From Gemmatimonadales bacterium (GTDB lineage: Bacteria > Gemmatimonadota > Gemmatimonadetes > Gemmatimonadales > GWC2-71-9): a DNA stretch of 64,000 bases. Shown here in pieces: positions 1 to 11,455 of the stretch. The notes below the pieces were generated by a model. It was given only the letters and a program-made list of their open reading frames with translations. It did no database searches and was not told the origin of the DNA. Position 1 is the stretch's first letter, and each line of letters starts with the position of its first letter. The translations under genes and the position numbers were made by a program. The DNA lies in contig JAICLE010000005.1 in the NCBI GenBank assembly GCA_025927545.1, positions 720 to 64,719 on the forward strand. The letters run 5' to 3'.

Positions 1-192
1 ATGGTCGTGTACCACCCGGCCAAGCGGCAGGAGGGGCTTCGTGATGGGAACCTGAAAGAGCTGTTCGACGAGGAGATCAAGAAGAGCTGGGAAGAATACG
101 CGGATCAGGTCGGCAAGGACGTGGCCGATACCACGCCGTACTTCCGTGAAGCCCTGAACGAGATCCTCGCCGGCGGCCGCCAGGTCTTCTAG
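1..192 (+). CDS. C-terminal end of a hypothetical protein (truncated by window edge)
   Basis: Open frame with host-like codon usage ending at TAG 190-192; helical sequence LFDEEIKKSWEEY...YFREALNEIL. Confidence 0.75.
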   Translation: MVVYHPAKRQEGLRDGNLKELFDEEIKKSWEEYADQVGKDVADTTPYFREALNEILAGGRQVF

Positions 193-203
193 CCGCCGCC
201 CGC

Positions 204-246
204 TGAGCGGTGAGGGGCGGAATAACCTCTCACCCCTCGCCTCTCA
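204..246. repeat. Inverted arrays of heptamer repeats forming an imperfect hairpin
   Basis: TGAGCGG TGAGGGG (204-217) versus CCTCTCA CCCCTCG CCTCTCA (226-246). Confidence 0.6.
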
Positions 247-291
247 CTTACTATCCCGTTCGCCAGCATCAACACCCGAGGAGTAGTCGGC

Positions 292-1396
292 ATGGATGAG
301 CTCGTCGAGCGTCTCACGGAGCTGCAGCAACGTGTCACCGAACTTCGAGAGTTTCTTTGACCTGACGGCCAAGTCGGATCGGCTGCAGTCGCTCGAAGCG
401 TCTCAGGCGGAGGCGGGGTTCTGGGCCAACCCCGAGAGCGCGCGCCGGACGGTGCAGGAGCTCCAGGCGCTGAGGGGCTGGGTGGGCCCATGGGCGGATT
501 TGCACGGACGGCTCACCGGCGCGCTCGAGCTGGCCGAGCTGCTCGAAACCGAGCGGGACGAAGCGCTGGAGACCGATCTGGCGCGCGAAACCGACGCACT
601 GGTCGAGGCGGTGGAAGCCTTCGAGCTCAAGGCCATGCTGCAGGGCCCGGACGACCGGCGCGACGCACTACTCACCATCCACCCGGGCGCGGGCGGCACC
701 GAGTCGCAGGACTGGGCGGAGATGCTCATGCGCATGTACGTCCGCTGGGCGGAGCGTCATGGCTTCCAGGTGGCCGTGCTCGACCTGTTGCCGGGTGAGG
801 AGGCGGGCCTCAAGTCGGTCTCGATCCAGATCAAGGGCGAGTACGCCTACGGCTATCTCAAAGCCGAAAAGGGCGTGCACCGGCTGGTCCGGATCTCTCC
901 CTACGACTCCCAGGCGCGGCGGCACACCTCGTTCGCGTCGGTATTCGTGTATCCCGACGTCGATGACACCATCGAGATCGACCTCCGGGACGAGGACATC
1001 AGGATGGACGTTTTCCGCGCTTCGGGCGCCGGCGGGCAGCACGTCAACAAGACGTCCTCCGCCGTCCGCCTTACGCACGTGCCGACCAACACGATCGTCT
1101 CCTGCCAGCAGGAGCGCAGCCAGACCAAGAATCGGGCGACAGCCATGAAGATGCTTCGGGCTGCCATCTATCAGAAGAAGCTCGAGGAGCAGGAGGCGGC
1201 GCGGGCAGTCGTCGAGGCGACCAAATCCGACAATTCCTGGGGCAACCAGATCCGTTCGTACGTCTTCCAGCCGTACACCATGGTGAACGACCACCGGACC
1301 GAGGTGAAGGTGGGCGACGTTCAGCGCGTGATGGACGGCGACCTCGACGAGTTCATCCAGGCCTACCTCAAGCGCTTCGGGGGCAAGGCCGCGTGA
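292..1396 (+). CDS. prfB: Peptide chain release factor 2, with programmed +1 frameshift at 355-361
   Basis: GAGGAG RBS at 278-283, ATG 292 reading MDELVERLTELQQRVTELREFL, then CTT TGA C. The +1 frame continues DLTAK... with GVHRLVRISPY and GAGGQHVNKT (GGQ) motifs. Confidence 0.97.
346..361 (+). promoter_or_regulatory. RF2 autoregulatory frameshift site CGAGAG-TTT-CTT-TGA-C
   Basis: Canonical CTT TGA C slippery/stop motif at codon 22 joining the two frames. Confidence 0.93.
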
Positions 1397-2925
1397 CCGC
1401 CGCGGAGGAAGACGCCGCGGGCGACGAGGCACGCGGCTTCGTCGAGGCGGCGCGCCGGCGGAAGCGCGCCGCGCTCGAGGCGGCCGGGGTGCCCGCCTTC
1501 GCCTATCGCTACGAGCGCACGCACACGGCGGCCCAGGCGCTCGCGGCCTACGACGACGCCATGGGTGAGCAGGGCCCCGTCGTATCGGTGGCAGGCCGGG
1601 TCGCGGCGCTGCGCTCCCAGGGCAAGACGACCTTCCTGCACCTGGAGGACGTCTCCGGCCGGATCCAGGCCTATCTCCGCCGCGATCAGCTCGGCGAGGG
1701 CTACGGGCTGGTGGAGCAACTCGATCTGGACGATCACCTGGGCATCACCGGACCGCTGTTCCGCACCCGCGCCGGCGAGATCACCGTGCGCGCCACGGCG
1801 CTCGTGCTGCTCGCCAAGTCCCTCCGGCCGCTGCCCCGTGGCAAGACGCAGCAGGGGGCGGCGGGCGCGGTGACCTTCGGCGGCCTGCAGGATCCCGAGC
1901 TCCGCTACCGCCAGCGCTACGCCGACCTGGCGGTGCATCCGGAGGTCCGGGCCGTCTTCCGGCTCCGTGCGCGGGCCGTGAGCTGGGTCCGGGCCTTCCT
2001 GGACGAGCGCGGCTTCCTCGAGGTCCAGACGCCCGTGCTCCAGCCGCTCTACGGCGGTGCGGCGGCGCGGCCGTTCGTGACCCACCACCATGCGCTCGAC
2101 ATGCCGCTCTACCTCCGGATCGCCGACGAGCTCTACCTCAAGCGCCTCCTGGTCGGTGGGCTCGAGCGCGTCTACGAGATCGGGCACGACTTCCGGAACG
2201 AAGGCATGGACCGCACGCACAACCCCGAGTTCACCATGCTGGAGGCCTACCAGGCCTACGCCGACTACGAGGACATGATGCTCCTGGTCGAGGCGCTGGT
2301 GAGCGGCGTGGTCGAGCACTGCTGCGGCACCCTCCGGCTGGAGCGGGCCGGCACCACCCTCGACTTCACGCCGCCCTTCCGCCGGGTGCCGTTCATCGCT
2401 GGCGTCCGCGCCCGGTCCGGCCTCGATCTCCGCACGGCCTCCGACGACGCGATGCGCGAGTTCCTCCGGGCCCGCGGCGCCCTGGCAGAGGAGGTTGGGG
2501 CGCTCGCCGGCGGGCGGCTCCAGGACGAGGTATTCAAACTGGTGCTCGAGCCGGATCTGGTGCAGCCGACGTTCGTGCTGGACTATCCCAAGGCGCTCTC
2601 GCCGCTGGCGAGGGAGCACCGCGTGGATGCCGCCCTCGCCGAGCGCTTCGAGCTGTTCGTCGGTGGCCGGGAGCTGGCCAACGCCTTCAGCGAGCTGAAC
2701 GACCCCGACGACCAGCGCCGCCGGTTCGAGGACCAGGTCCGCCAGCGCGCCGCGGGCAACGACGAGACCCAGCCCTACGATGCCGACTACATCCGCGCGC
2801 TCGAGTACGGGATGCCGCCGGCGGGCGGGGTGGGGCTGGGTATCGACCGGCTCATCATGCTCCTGGCCGACCAGCCGTCCATCCGGGACGTCATCCTGTT
2901 CCCGGCCATGCGGCCGGAAGGGTAG
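1393..2925 (+). CDS. lysS: Lysine--tRNA ligase (class II)
   Basis: RYRQRYADL, GGAAARPFVTHH, YLRIADELYLKRL, FRNEGMDRTHNPEFTMLE, ALEYGMPPAGGVGLGIDRL. Confidence 0.97.
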   Translation: MTAAEEDAAGDEARGFVEAARRRKRAALEAAGVPAFAYRYERTHTAAQALAAYDDAMGEQGPVVSVAGRVAALRSQGKTTFLHLEDVSGRIQAYLRRDQLGEGYGLVEQLDLDDHLGITGPLFRTRAGEITVRATALVLLAKSLRPLPRGKTQQGAAGAVTFGGLQDPELRYRQRYADLAVHPEVRAVFRLRARAVSWVRAFLDERGFLEVQTPVLQPLYGGAAARPFVTHHHALDMPLYLRIADELYLKRLLVGGLERVYEIGHDFRNEGMDRTHNPEFTMLEAYQAYADYEDMMLLVEALVSGVVEHCCGTLRLERAGTTLDFTPPFRRVPFIAGVRARSGLDLRTASDDAMREFLRARGALAEEVGALAGGRLQDEVFKLVLEPDLVQPTFVLDYPKALSPLAREHRVDAALAERFELFVGGRELANAFSELNDPDDQRRRFEDQVRQRAAGNDETQPYDADYIRALEYGMPPAGGVGLGIDRLIMLLADQPSIRDVILFPAMRPEG

Positions 2926-2928
2926 CTG

Positions 2929-4229
2929 ATGCCCTCGGGACACATCGGCGAGCGCACCGACCTGTGGTCCATCCTCCGGTGGCCGTCGCGGCTCGAATGG
3001 CGGATCGCGCGCCGCTACCTGCGAAGCCGGCGCAGCTCGAGCGCCGCGTCGCTCACGACGGTGATCTCCGCGGGCGGCGTCGCGGTCGGCGTAATGGCAC
3101 TGATCGTGGTGCTCGGCGTCATGAACGGACTCCGGAACGACTTGCGCGAGCGGATCCTCGTCGCCAACCCGCACCTGCGCATTCTGACCTACGGCGCCGG
3201 CCTGCGGATGGACGACTGGCGGAAGGTGCTTGCGGTCGTGCGGCGGCAGCCCGGCGTGGTGGCGGCCGCGCCCGAGGTGATCAGCCAGGCGGGGATCACG
3301 GCCGGGCAGGATTACGGCGAGGGGGTCAACCTCGTCGGATTCGATCCCGACACCGGCACCCATTCCGTGACCTCGCTCCCCCAGTCCATCAAGAAGGGCG
3401 ATCTCTCGTTCCGGACCACCAAGCCAAACGTGGACGGCGGGATTCTGCTCGGGGTGCGGCTGGCCAACCGGCTCTCGGTCTACCCCGGCGACGTGGTCAC
3501 CCTGGTCCCCGTCACCGAAGCCAAGGTGAACCCCGCGCTCGGCGTCGCCGTGCCCCGGTTCTGGCGCTTCGAGGTGACCGGGCTCTTCGACACGGGGATG
3601 TTCCAGTACGACAACCAATTCGTGGTCGTGCGGCGGGACGTGGCACAACGGTTCACCGGGCTGGGCGACGCCGTGTCGGGAATCGCCGTGCGGGTGGACA
3701 ACCCGGACGACGCCCCGGCGATCGGCCAGGCGATCGAGCACCGGCTCGGCTACCCGTACCGCGCGCTCGACTGGCAGACCCAGAACGCGAGCCTCTTCAG
3801 CGCCCTCCAGCTCGAGAAGCTGGCCATGGGACTGATTATCTTCTTCATCATGGTGGTAGCGGCTTTCAATATCGTCGGGACGCTCACCATGGTGGTGGCC
3901 GACAAGACCCGTGAGATCGGCATTCTCCGCGCGATGGGACTCACCGCGCCGGCGGTCGCCCGGGTGTTCCTGCTCCAGGGCGCCGTCATCGGCGGCGTGG
4001 GGACCGCGATCGGCCTGAGCGCCGGCCTGGTGCTGGCGTACGTCGTCGACAAGTCGGGATGGGTCCGGATCAATCCAGCCGTGTACTTCATCGATCATCT
4101 GCCGGTCCACGTCGAGGCATCGGACGTGCTGGTGGTCGTGCTCGCCAGCCTGGCCATCGCCATTCTCGCCACCGTGTATCCGTCGCGCTCCGCCGCGGGG
4201 CTCACGCCGGTCGACGCGATCCGGCACGA

Positions 4230-4233
<4 letters not shown>
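2929..4233 (+). CDS. lolC: Lipoprotein-releasing ABC transporter permease (LolC/E family)
   Basis: IARRYLR, GVMALIVVLGVMNG, VAAFNIVGTLTMVVADKTREIGILRAMG; adjacent to a LolD ATPase. Confidence 0.9.
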
Positions 4234-4930
<697 letters not shown>

Positions 4931-4931
<1 letters not shown>

Positions 4932-5422
4932 TGTCCTGCGACCAGTGCCGTGAGCGCGAGGCGGTCATCCATCTCACCCAGATCGTCAACGAACAGGTGA
5001 CGACACTGCACCTCTGTGAGAAGTGCGCGGCGGAAAAGGGGGTCGAGAGCCCGGGCGCGGTGGCCAAGACGCCGCTGGGGAGCTTTCTGGCCGCAATGGG
5101 GAAGGGCACCGAGCAGGCCCCCGCGCCACTGGCCAGGGAGGCGTGCGCGCGCTGCGGCGGCACGTTCCAGGACTTCCGCGAGACGGGCCGCCTGGGCTGC
5201 CCCGACTGCTACCGGACATTCGAGGCGCCGCTTCGCGACCTGCTCCGGCGGCTCCACGGCTCGACCCACCACCTGGGCGAGCGGTACGCCGAGCGCGAAC
5301 CCTCGGCGGCCCAGGCCCGGGAGCAGGCGGCGGAGCTGCGCGAGCAGCTACGCCTCGCGGTCGAGACCGAAAATTTCGAGCTGGCGGCGGAGATCCGCGA
5401 CCAGCTCCGCGTGCTCGAATGA
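4931..5422 (+). CDS. mcsA: Protein-arginine kinase activator McsA (UvrB/C motif)
   Basis: Four CxxC motifs (CDQC, CEKC, CARC, GRLGCPDCY); C-terminal ENFELAAEIRDQL UVR motif. Confidence 0.93.
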
Positions 5423-6501
5423 TCGACCTGAGCCTCCTCACCGATGGCGGCGTCGGGTGGCTCGACGCGAGCGGGCCGTCCAGCCATCTGGTGCTCTCGA
5501 CCCGGATCCGGCTGGCCCGCAACCTGGCCGATCACGTCTTCCAGGGCCGCACCTCCGAGACCCAGCGGGAGGAGATCCTCCAGACGGTCGAGGAGGCCGC
5601 CCGCGACTCCGTGCTGCTCCGGCGGGCCACGCGGTTCCGGCTCGACCGCCTGGACCGGGTCGACCGCCAACTGCTGCACGAGCGGCACCTCGTGAGCAAG
5701 GAGCTGGCGGGGCTCGATCCGGACGGGCGGGTGCGCTCCGGCGCCTCCCTGCTGGTCCAGGACCGCATGGGTGTGATGCTGAACGAGGAGGATCATCTCC
5801 GGATCCAGGGGCTCCATTCCGGGTTCGCGCTGGACGCGGCCTACGCGGAGGCGGACCGGCTGGACGCCGAACTGGGACAACGACTTGCTTTCGCATTTCA
5901 CCCGGAGTTCGGTTATCTTACCTCGTGTCCGACCAACGTCGGGACCGGGCTCCGCGCGTCGGTGCTGATCCATCTGCCCGGACTCGTCCTCACCAAGGAA
6001 ATCAGCAAGGTTCTGCAGGGGTTGGCCCAGGTCGGACTGACCCACCGCGGCCTGTATGGTGAGGGCAGCGAGGTCGTCGGCAACTTCTTCCAGTTGTCGA
6101 ATCAGACCACGCTGGGCAGCTCGGAGCGCGAGCTGCTGGATCATCTCGGCAAGATGGTTCGGCAGGTCATGGACTACGAGGAGCAGGCGCGCCAGGTGCT
6201 GGTGCGCGACGCGCCCACCGTCATCGAGGACAAGGTCTGGCGAGCGTACGGGCTGCTCCGCTACGCGCGATCACTCTCGTTCGACGAGGCGATGAATCTA
6301 CTGAGCGGCGTGCGGCTCGGCGTCGGCGTCGGTCTCATTCCCGATGTCGCGATGTACACGCTCAACAAGCTGCTGATCTACGCACAGCCCGCCCATCTGG
6401 CGGTGGCGGAGGGCATCACGCCGGACGATGCCGAGTTGCCGCTGCGCCGGGCACGCTTCGTGCGAAAAGTGTTGGAATCCGAAGTGGGACGCCGTGGATG
6501 A
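5419..6501 (+). CDS. mcsB: Protein arginine kinase
   Basis: VLSTRIRLARN, NEEDHLRIQ, GYLTSCPTNVGTGLRAS, RGLYGEGS, FQLSNQTTLG. Confidence 0.95.
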   Translation: MIDLSLLTDGGVGWLDASGPSSHLVLSTRIRLARNLADHVFQGRTSETQREEILQTVEEAARDSVLLRRATRFRLDRLDRVDRQLLHERHLVSKELAGLDPDGRVRSGASLLVQDRMGVMLNEEDHLRIQGLHSGFALDAAYAEADRLDAELGQRLAFAFHPEFGYLTSCPTNVGTGLRASVLIHLPGLVLTKEISKVLQGLAQVGLTHRGLYGEGSEVVGNFFQLSNQTTLGSSERELLDHLGKMVRQVMDYEEQARQVLVRDAPTVIEDKVWRAYGLLRYARSLSFDEAMNLLSGVRLGVGVGLIPDVAMYTLNKLLIYAQPAHLAVAEGITPDDAELPLRRARFVRKVLESEVGRRG

Positions 6502-6540
6502 GCCGCGACGACGGCCTTCGGAGCAACGTAGGGTACCGCG

Positions 6541-9015
6541 ATGAACGGCTACAACTTCACTGATCGTGTCCGCAAGGTCCTGCAGATGGCCCGCGAAGAG
6601 GCGGCCCGTCTTCACCACGAGTACGTCGGCACGGAACACATTCTCCTCGGCCTCATCCGCGAGGGCGAGGGAGTGGCGGCGGCGGTGCTCACCAACCTGA
6701 ACGTCGACCTCGAGGATATTCAGCAGAAGATCGAGGAGACCGTCAAGAAGGGGAAAGCGGCCGCGGCCGCCGGCCCCGACCTGCCGTACACGTCGCGCGC
6801 CAAGAAGGTGCTCGAGCTGGCGATGACCGAGGCCCGGGAGCTGAACCACTCCTACGTCGGCACCGAGCACCTGCTGCTCGGTCTGCTGCGCGAGGAGAAG
6901 GGAATCGCCGCCCAGGTCCTGACCGACGCGGGCGTGAATCTCGAGCAGAGCCGCGCCGAAACGCTGCGGCTGCTCGGGAGCGACATGCCCCAGGCCTCCG
7001 CCGGGGGCACCGCCGGGGCGCAGCCGAGTTCCGCGCCCAAGTCGGAAAAGAAATCCAAGACGCCCGCGCTCGACCACTTCTGCCGCGACCTCACCCAGCT
7101 CGCCGCCGAAGGCCAGCTCGATCCCACGATCGGGCGCGCCAAGGAGATCGAGCGCGTCATGGAGATCCTGGCTCGGCGGAAGAAGAACAATCCCGTGCTC
7201 ATCGGCGAGCCGGGTGTGGGCAAGACCGCCATCGTCGAAGGGCTCGCGCTGCTGATCTCGAGCGGGCTCTGCCCCGACGTGCTCCGGGATCATCGGGTGC
7301 TCTCGCTCGACATGGCCGCGGTCATCGCCGGCACGAAGTACCGGGGCCAGTTCGAGGAGCGGCTCAAGGCGGTGATGAACGAGATCGCCCAGAACAAGCA
7401 GATCATCCTCTTCATCGACGAGCTGCACACGCTGGTCGGCGCGGGCGCGGCCGAAGGCGCCATCGACGCCTCCAACATGCTCAAGCCCGCGCTCGCGCGC
7501 GGGGAGCTGCAGTGCGTCGGCGCGTCCACGCTCAACGAGTACCGGAAGTACATCGAGAAGGACGGGGCGCTCGAGCGGCGCTTCCAGACCGTAGTCGTGG
7601 AGCCGCCTACGGTCGAAGAGACCGTGGAGATCCTGAAGGGCCTCCGGAAGAAGTACGAGGACCATCACCGGATCAGCCTCCCGGACCCCACCCTGACCGC
7701 CGCGGCTGAGCTGTCCGAGCGCTACATCACGGATCGCTTCCTGCCCGACAAGGCCATCGACGTGATCGACGAGGCCGGTGCCCGCGCGCGTCTGGCCTCG
7801 CAGGTCCCGCCGGCCGAGGTGGCGGAGCTCAAGGCCGGCCTGGAAAAGGTGAACCTCCAGAAGGAGGACGCCGTTCGCGACCAGAACTTCGAGCGCGCGG
7901 CCTCGCTCCGCGATCAGGAGCGCGATCTCCAGAACCAGATCCGCCTGAAGAACGAGGAGTGGGAGAAGGAACGCCAGACGCGGCGTCCGGTCATCGACGA
8001 GGAGGCCATCGCCTTCATCGTCTCGCGGTGGACCGGGATCCCGGTCACCCGGCTGCAGGAGGCCGAGACCGCGCGGCTGATGCGGATGGAAGAGGAGATC
8101 CACGCGTCGGTGGTCGGCCAGGACGAAGCCATCAAGGCGGTTTCCCGGGCCATCCGCCGCTCGCGCGCGGGGCTCAAGGACCCGAACCGGCCGATCGGCT
8201 CGTTTATCTTCTCCGGCCCGACGGGCGTAGGAAAGACCGAGCTCGCCCGCGCCCTCGCCAGGTTCCTGTTCGCCGACGCCTCCGCCCTCATCCGGGTGGA
8301 TATGTCGGAGTACATGGAGAAGTTCTCGGTGTCTCGCCTCATCGGCGCGCCGCCGGGCTACGTGGGCTACGAAGACTCGGGCACCCTGACCAAGGCTGTG
8401 CGCCGGAAGCCCTACTCGGTCGTCCTCCTGGACGAGATCGAGAAGGCGCACCCCGACGTCTTCAACATCCTGCTCCAGGTGCTCGACGAGGGCCATCTGA
8501 CCGATAACTACGGCCGGGTGATCGACTTCAAGAACACGGTCGTGATCATGACCTCGAACGTCGGCGCCCGGGACATCATGTCCGGCAAGACGCTGGGCTT
8601 CCACGGCGGGGACGCGAAGGGCGGCTTCGAGAAGATGCAGGAGACGGTCAAGGAGGAGATGAACAAGGTGTTCAACCCCGAGTTCCTCAACCGGCTCGAC
8701 GACGTCATCGTGTTCCACCCGCTCGACAAGCAGCACATCGCGCAGATCGTCACGATCCTCCTGCGCGAGGTCCAGCGCCGTCTGGGCGACGAAGTGCGGC
8801 TCACTCCGGCCGCGGTGGAGTTCCTGGTCGAGCACGGCTACGACCAGAGCTATGGCGCCCGGCCGCTCAAGCGGTCGATCCAGCGCTACATCGAGGACCC
8901 GCTCAGCGAGAAGATCCTGATGGGCGAGTTCGGACGCGGCGACGAGATCGAGGTCGATGTCGCGCCCGACGGTGAGCGGCTGGTTTTCCGGGCGCTGACG
9001 GGCACCCAGGCGTAG
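6541..9015 (+). CDS. clpC: ATP-dependent Clp protease ATP-binding subunit ClpC
   Basis: Two Clp-N repeats (YVGTEH), [20 protein letters not shown] middle domain, [17 protein letters not shown]. Confidence 0.97.
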   Translation: MNGYNFTDRVRKVLQMAREEAARLHHEYVGTEHILLGLIREGEGVAAAVLTNLNVDLEDIQQKIEETVKKGKAAAAAGPDLPYTSRAKKVLELAMTEARELNHSYVGTEHLLLGLLREEKGIAAQVLTDAGVNLEQSRAETLRLLGSDMPQASAGGTAGAQPSSAPKSEKKSKTPALDHFCRDLTQLAAEGQLDPTIGRAKEIERVMEILARRKKNNPVLIGEPGVGKTAIVEGLALLISSGLCPDVLRDHRVLSLDMAAVIAGTKYRGQFEERLKAVMNEIAQNKQIILFIDELHTLVGAGAAEGAIDASNMLKPALARGELQCVGASTLNEYRKYIEKDGALERRFQTVVVEPPTVEETVEILKGLRKKYEDHHRISLPDPTLTAAAELSERYITDRFLPDKAIDVIDEAGARARLASQVPPAEVAELKAGLEKVNLQKEDAVRDQNFERAASLRDQERDLQNQIRLKNEEWEKERQTRRPVIDEEAIAFIVSRWTGIPVTRLQEAETARLMRMEEEIHASVVGQDEAIKAVSRAIRRSRAGLKDPNRPIGSFIFSGPTGVGKTELARALARFLFADASALIRVDMSEYMEKFSVSRLIGAPPGYVGYEDSGTLTKAVRRKPYSVVLLDEIEKAHPDVFNILLQVLDEGHLTDNYGRVIDFKNTVVIMTSNVGARDIMSGKTLGFHGGDAKGGFEKMQETVKEEMNKVFNPEFLNRLDDVIVFHPLDKQHIAQIVTILLREVQRRLGDEVRLTPAAVEFLVEHGYDQSYGARPLKRSIQRYIEDPLSEKILMGEFGRGDEIEVDVAPDGERLVFRALTGTQA

Positions 9016-9040
9016 GGGCCCCGCCTCCCGTCGAGTGCGG

Positions 9041-11422
9041 ATGCAGCGTCTTCTTTTCCTCCGCGCCGCCGTGGCCCTCTTCCTGGGGGCTCCGGCGGCG
9101 CTTTCCGCGCAGGACGTCCAGCCGCCGCTGATCGACAGCATCGCGGTCCAGGGCAGCGGGCGGCTCACCGCGTCCCAGATCGTCGGTACCTCCGGCCTGG
9201 TGGCTAAACAGCCGGTCAACTATCGCGACATTCAGCGCGCCATCACGGCCCTTTTCCGGACCGGGCAGTTCGACGACGTGCTCGTCGAGCAGCAGCCACA
9301 CGGCGGCGGGCTCCTGCTCACCATCAAGGTGAAGGAGCGGCCGCTGCTCGAGAAGTGGGCTGTGCGCGGCGTCACCAAGCTTTCCGAGGGCGAGGTCAAG
9401 GGCAGGGTGAAGCTCGTCAACGGCCGGCCGCTCGACCGGAACGCCGTCGAGCAGTCCCGCGCCGCGATCGATTCGCTCTACACCCACAACGGCTACTACT
9501 CCGCCCAGGTGAAGACGCTCGAGCTGCCGCAGGGCCCGGGACGGGAGCGGATCGTTTTCGACGTGGACGAGGGTCAGCGGGTCGCGATCAGCCAGGTCGT
9601 CATCGAGGGCAACAAGCGCTTCTCGGACAAGCAGGTCGTCAAACACATGGACACCAGGCCCGAAGGGTTCTGGTGGTTCCAGAAGGGCGAGTACGACGAG
9701 CGCAAGGTGGACCAGGACGTCCGCGAGCGCCTGCCGGGCTGGTACGCCGATCAGGGCTACGTGGACTTCCAGGTGACGCACGATTCGCTGGTGGCCGACT
9801 CGAGCGGTGGCAAGGCGAGCCTCCGGCTCCAGGTGGAGGAGGGGCAGCAGTACCAGGTCGGCATCTTCACGGTCGACGGCAACCGGCGCTTCTCCAGCGA
9901 GGAGCTGCAGACCCTCTACCCGTTCGGGCCGACCGGCCCCACCGGCGCGCCGCAGGGCGGGCCGCGGCCGTTCAGCCGGGCCGATTGGGAGGCCGCCACG
10001 TCCAAGCTGCAGGACCTCTACGCCAACAACGGCTACATCTACGCCCAGGTCGAGCCCGGCGAAACCCGGCGCACGGGGCGGGACGGCAAGCCGGTCGTGG
10101 ACCTGCGCTGGACCATCCGCGAGGGCTCGCCGGCCACGATCAACAAGATCGAGATCGTCGGCAACGACGTGACCCACGAGCGGGTCATCCGCGAGGCGAT
10201 CGTCATGCTCCCCGGCGACCTGTTCAGCCGTGAGCGGCTGATCCGCTCGTACCAGAACGTCGCCAACCTCGGCTTCTTTCAGCAGCCGCTGCCGAGTCCT
10301 GACGTGAAGCCCGCGGCCAACGGCGTGGACGTGGACGTGACGTTCCGGGTCGAGGAGCGGCGTACCGGAAACGTGAACTTCGGCGCCTCGCTCGGGCAGG
10401 GCACCGGCGTCGGCGGGTTCCTGGGACTGGAGGAGCCCAACCTCTTCGGCAAGGGCAAGCGCGGCAAGCTGCAGTGGCAGTTCGGCAAGAACATCAACGA
10501 CTTCACGCTGAGCTACACCGATCCCGCCATTCGGGAGAGCCGGATCTCCGGCACCGTGTCGCTGTTCGACTCGCGCGCACGGTACACCATCGGCGACCTC
10601 GGGCGCCGCAAGCAGACGGGCGGGAGCCTCCAGCTCGGCTTCCCCTTCCTCGGGTCACGCTATACCCGGTTCTTCACCTCCTACTCGTACCAGCGGGTGC
10701 GCTACACGGAGGGGTCGGCCGATCTGCGCGCCCGGTTCAGTTGCAGCGCCTGCAGCCGCTCGTCGCTCGGAACCAGCATCCTGCGGGACACCCGCGTCGG
10801 GCTGCCGTTCGCGGTGGGCGGCTCGCTCACCAACGTGAGCGGTGAGCTCAACGGCGGCTTCCTCGGCGGCACGGGAAACTACCGCAAGGTGGACCTCGAA
10901 GGCCGGTGGTACGCCCCGCTGGGCACGATGGGGGGCGGAGGGCAGCTCGGCGCCGGGGTACAGTTCGTGCTAGGGCTCACGGCCAAGTCGGGATTCATCT
11001 TCGGAGACGCGGGACCGTTCTTCACCGAGCTTTACTCGCTCGGGGGCGTGCAGTACGGCATCCCGCTCCGCGGCTACGACGAGTTCTCGATCACGCCCAA
11101 CGGCTTCGACCCCTCGGCCAGCGGCAACCAGGCCAGCCCGGACGCGTTCGGGAAGTCATACGCGGCGTTCACGGTCGAGGGCGGCGCGCGCATCAGCCAG
11201 TCGCTCTACGTGAGCGCGTTCTTCGACGCGGGCAACGTTTACCGCAGCGCACGCCAGTGGGATCCGACCCGGCTCTTTCGGGGCGCGGGCGTGGGGGCGG
11301 CGGTCATCTCGCCACTGGGACCGATCGGCGTGGATCTGGGCTACGGCTTCGACAAGGTGAACGGGCAGGGTCTCCCCGCGCCCGGGTGGCAGCTCCACTT
11401 CAAGCTGGGCAATTTCTTCTAG
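9041..11422 (+). CDS. bamA: Outer membrane protein assembly factor BamA
   Basis: Signal peptide, POTRA repeats, NLFGKG, LRGYD loop motif, SPLGPI, C-terminal Phe; followed by skp and lpxD. Start could be GTG 9035. Confidence 0.93.
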   Translation: MQRLLFLRAAVALFLGAPAALSAQDVQPPLIDSIAVQGSGRLTASQIVGTSGLVAKQPVNYRDIQRAITALFRTGQFDDVLVEQQPHGGGLLLTIKVKERPLLEKWAVRGVTKLSEGEVKGRVKLVNGRPLDRNAVEQSRAAIDSLYTHNGYYSAQVKTLELPQGPGRERIVFDVDEGQRVAISQVVIEGNKRFSDKQVVKHMDTRPEGFWWFQKGEYDERKVDQDVRERLPGWYADQGYVDFQVTHDSLVADSSGGKASLRLQVEEGQQYQVGIFTVDGNRRFSSEELQTLYPFGPTGPTGAPQGGPRPFSRADWEAATSKLQDLYANNGYIYAQVEPGETRRTGRDGKPVVDLRWTIREGSPATINKIEIVGNDVTHERVIREAIVMLPGDLFSRERLIRSYQNVANLGFFQQPLPSPDVKPAANGVDVDVTFRVEERRTGNVNFGASLGQGTGVGGFLGLEEPNLFGKGKRGKLQWQFGKNINDFTLSYTDPAIRESRISGTVSLFDSRARYTIGDLGRRKQTGGSLQLGFPFLGSRYTRFFTSYSYQRVRYTEGSADLRARFSCSACSRSSLGTSILRDTRVGLPFAVGGSLTNVSGELNGGFLGGTGNYRKVDLEGRWYAPLGTMGGGGQLGAGVQFVLGLTAKSGFIFGDAGPFFTELYSLGGVQYGIPLRGYDEFSITPNGFDPSASGNQASPDAFGKSYAAFTVEGGARISQSLYVSAFFDAGNVYRSARQWDPTRLFRGAGVGAAVISPLGPIGVDLGYGFDKVNGQGLPAPGWQLHFKLGNFF

Positions 11423-11455
11423 CACTTCGACCGCACCTTTCATCGGGAGCAACGC

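Noticed and set aside
296-358. ORF-track N-terminus MSSSSVSRS... for RF2
   Set aside because: It is the +1 frame upstream of the frameshift; the RBS and RF2-like N-terminus belong to ATG 292.
2923-2931. In-frame stop junctions suggesting readthrough fusions (lysS-lolC; also gdhA-rlmH at 20160, larC-TPR at 29089, GT2-GT4 at 55660)
   Set aside because: Each downstream gene has its own start codon and complete domain, in-frame neighbours are expected by chance, and no SECIS or pyl context was seen.
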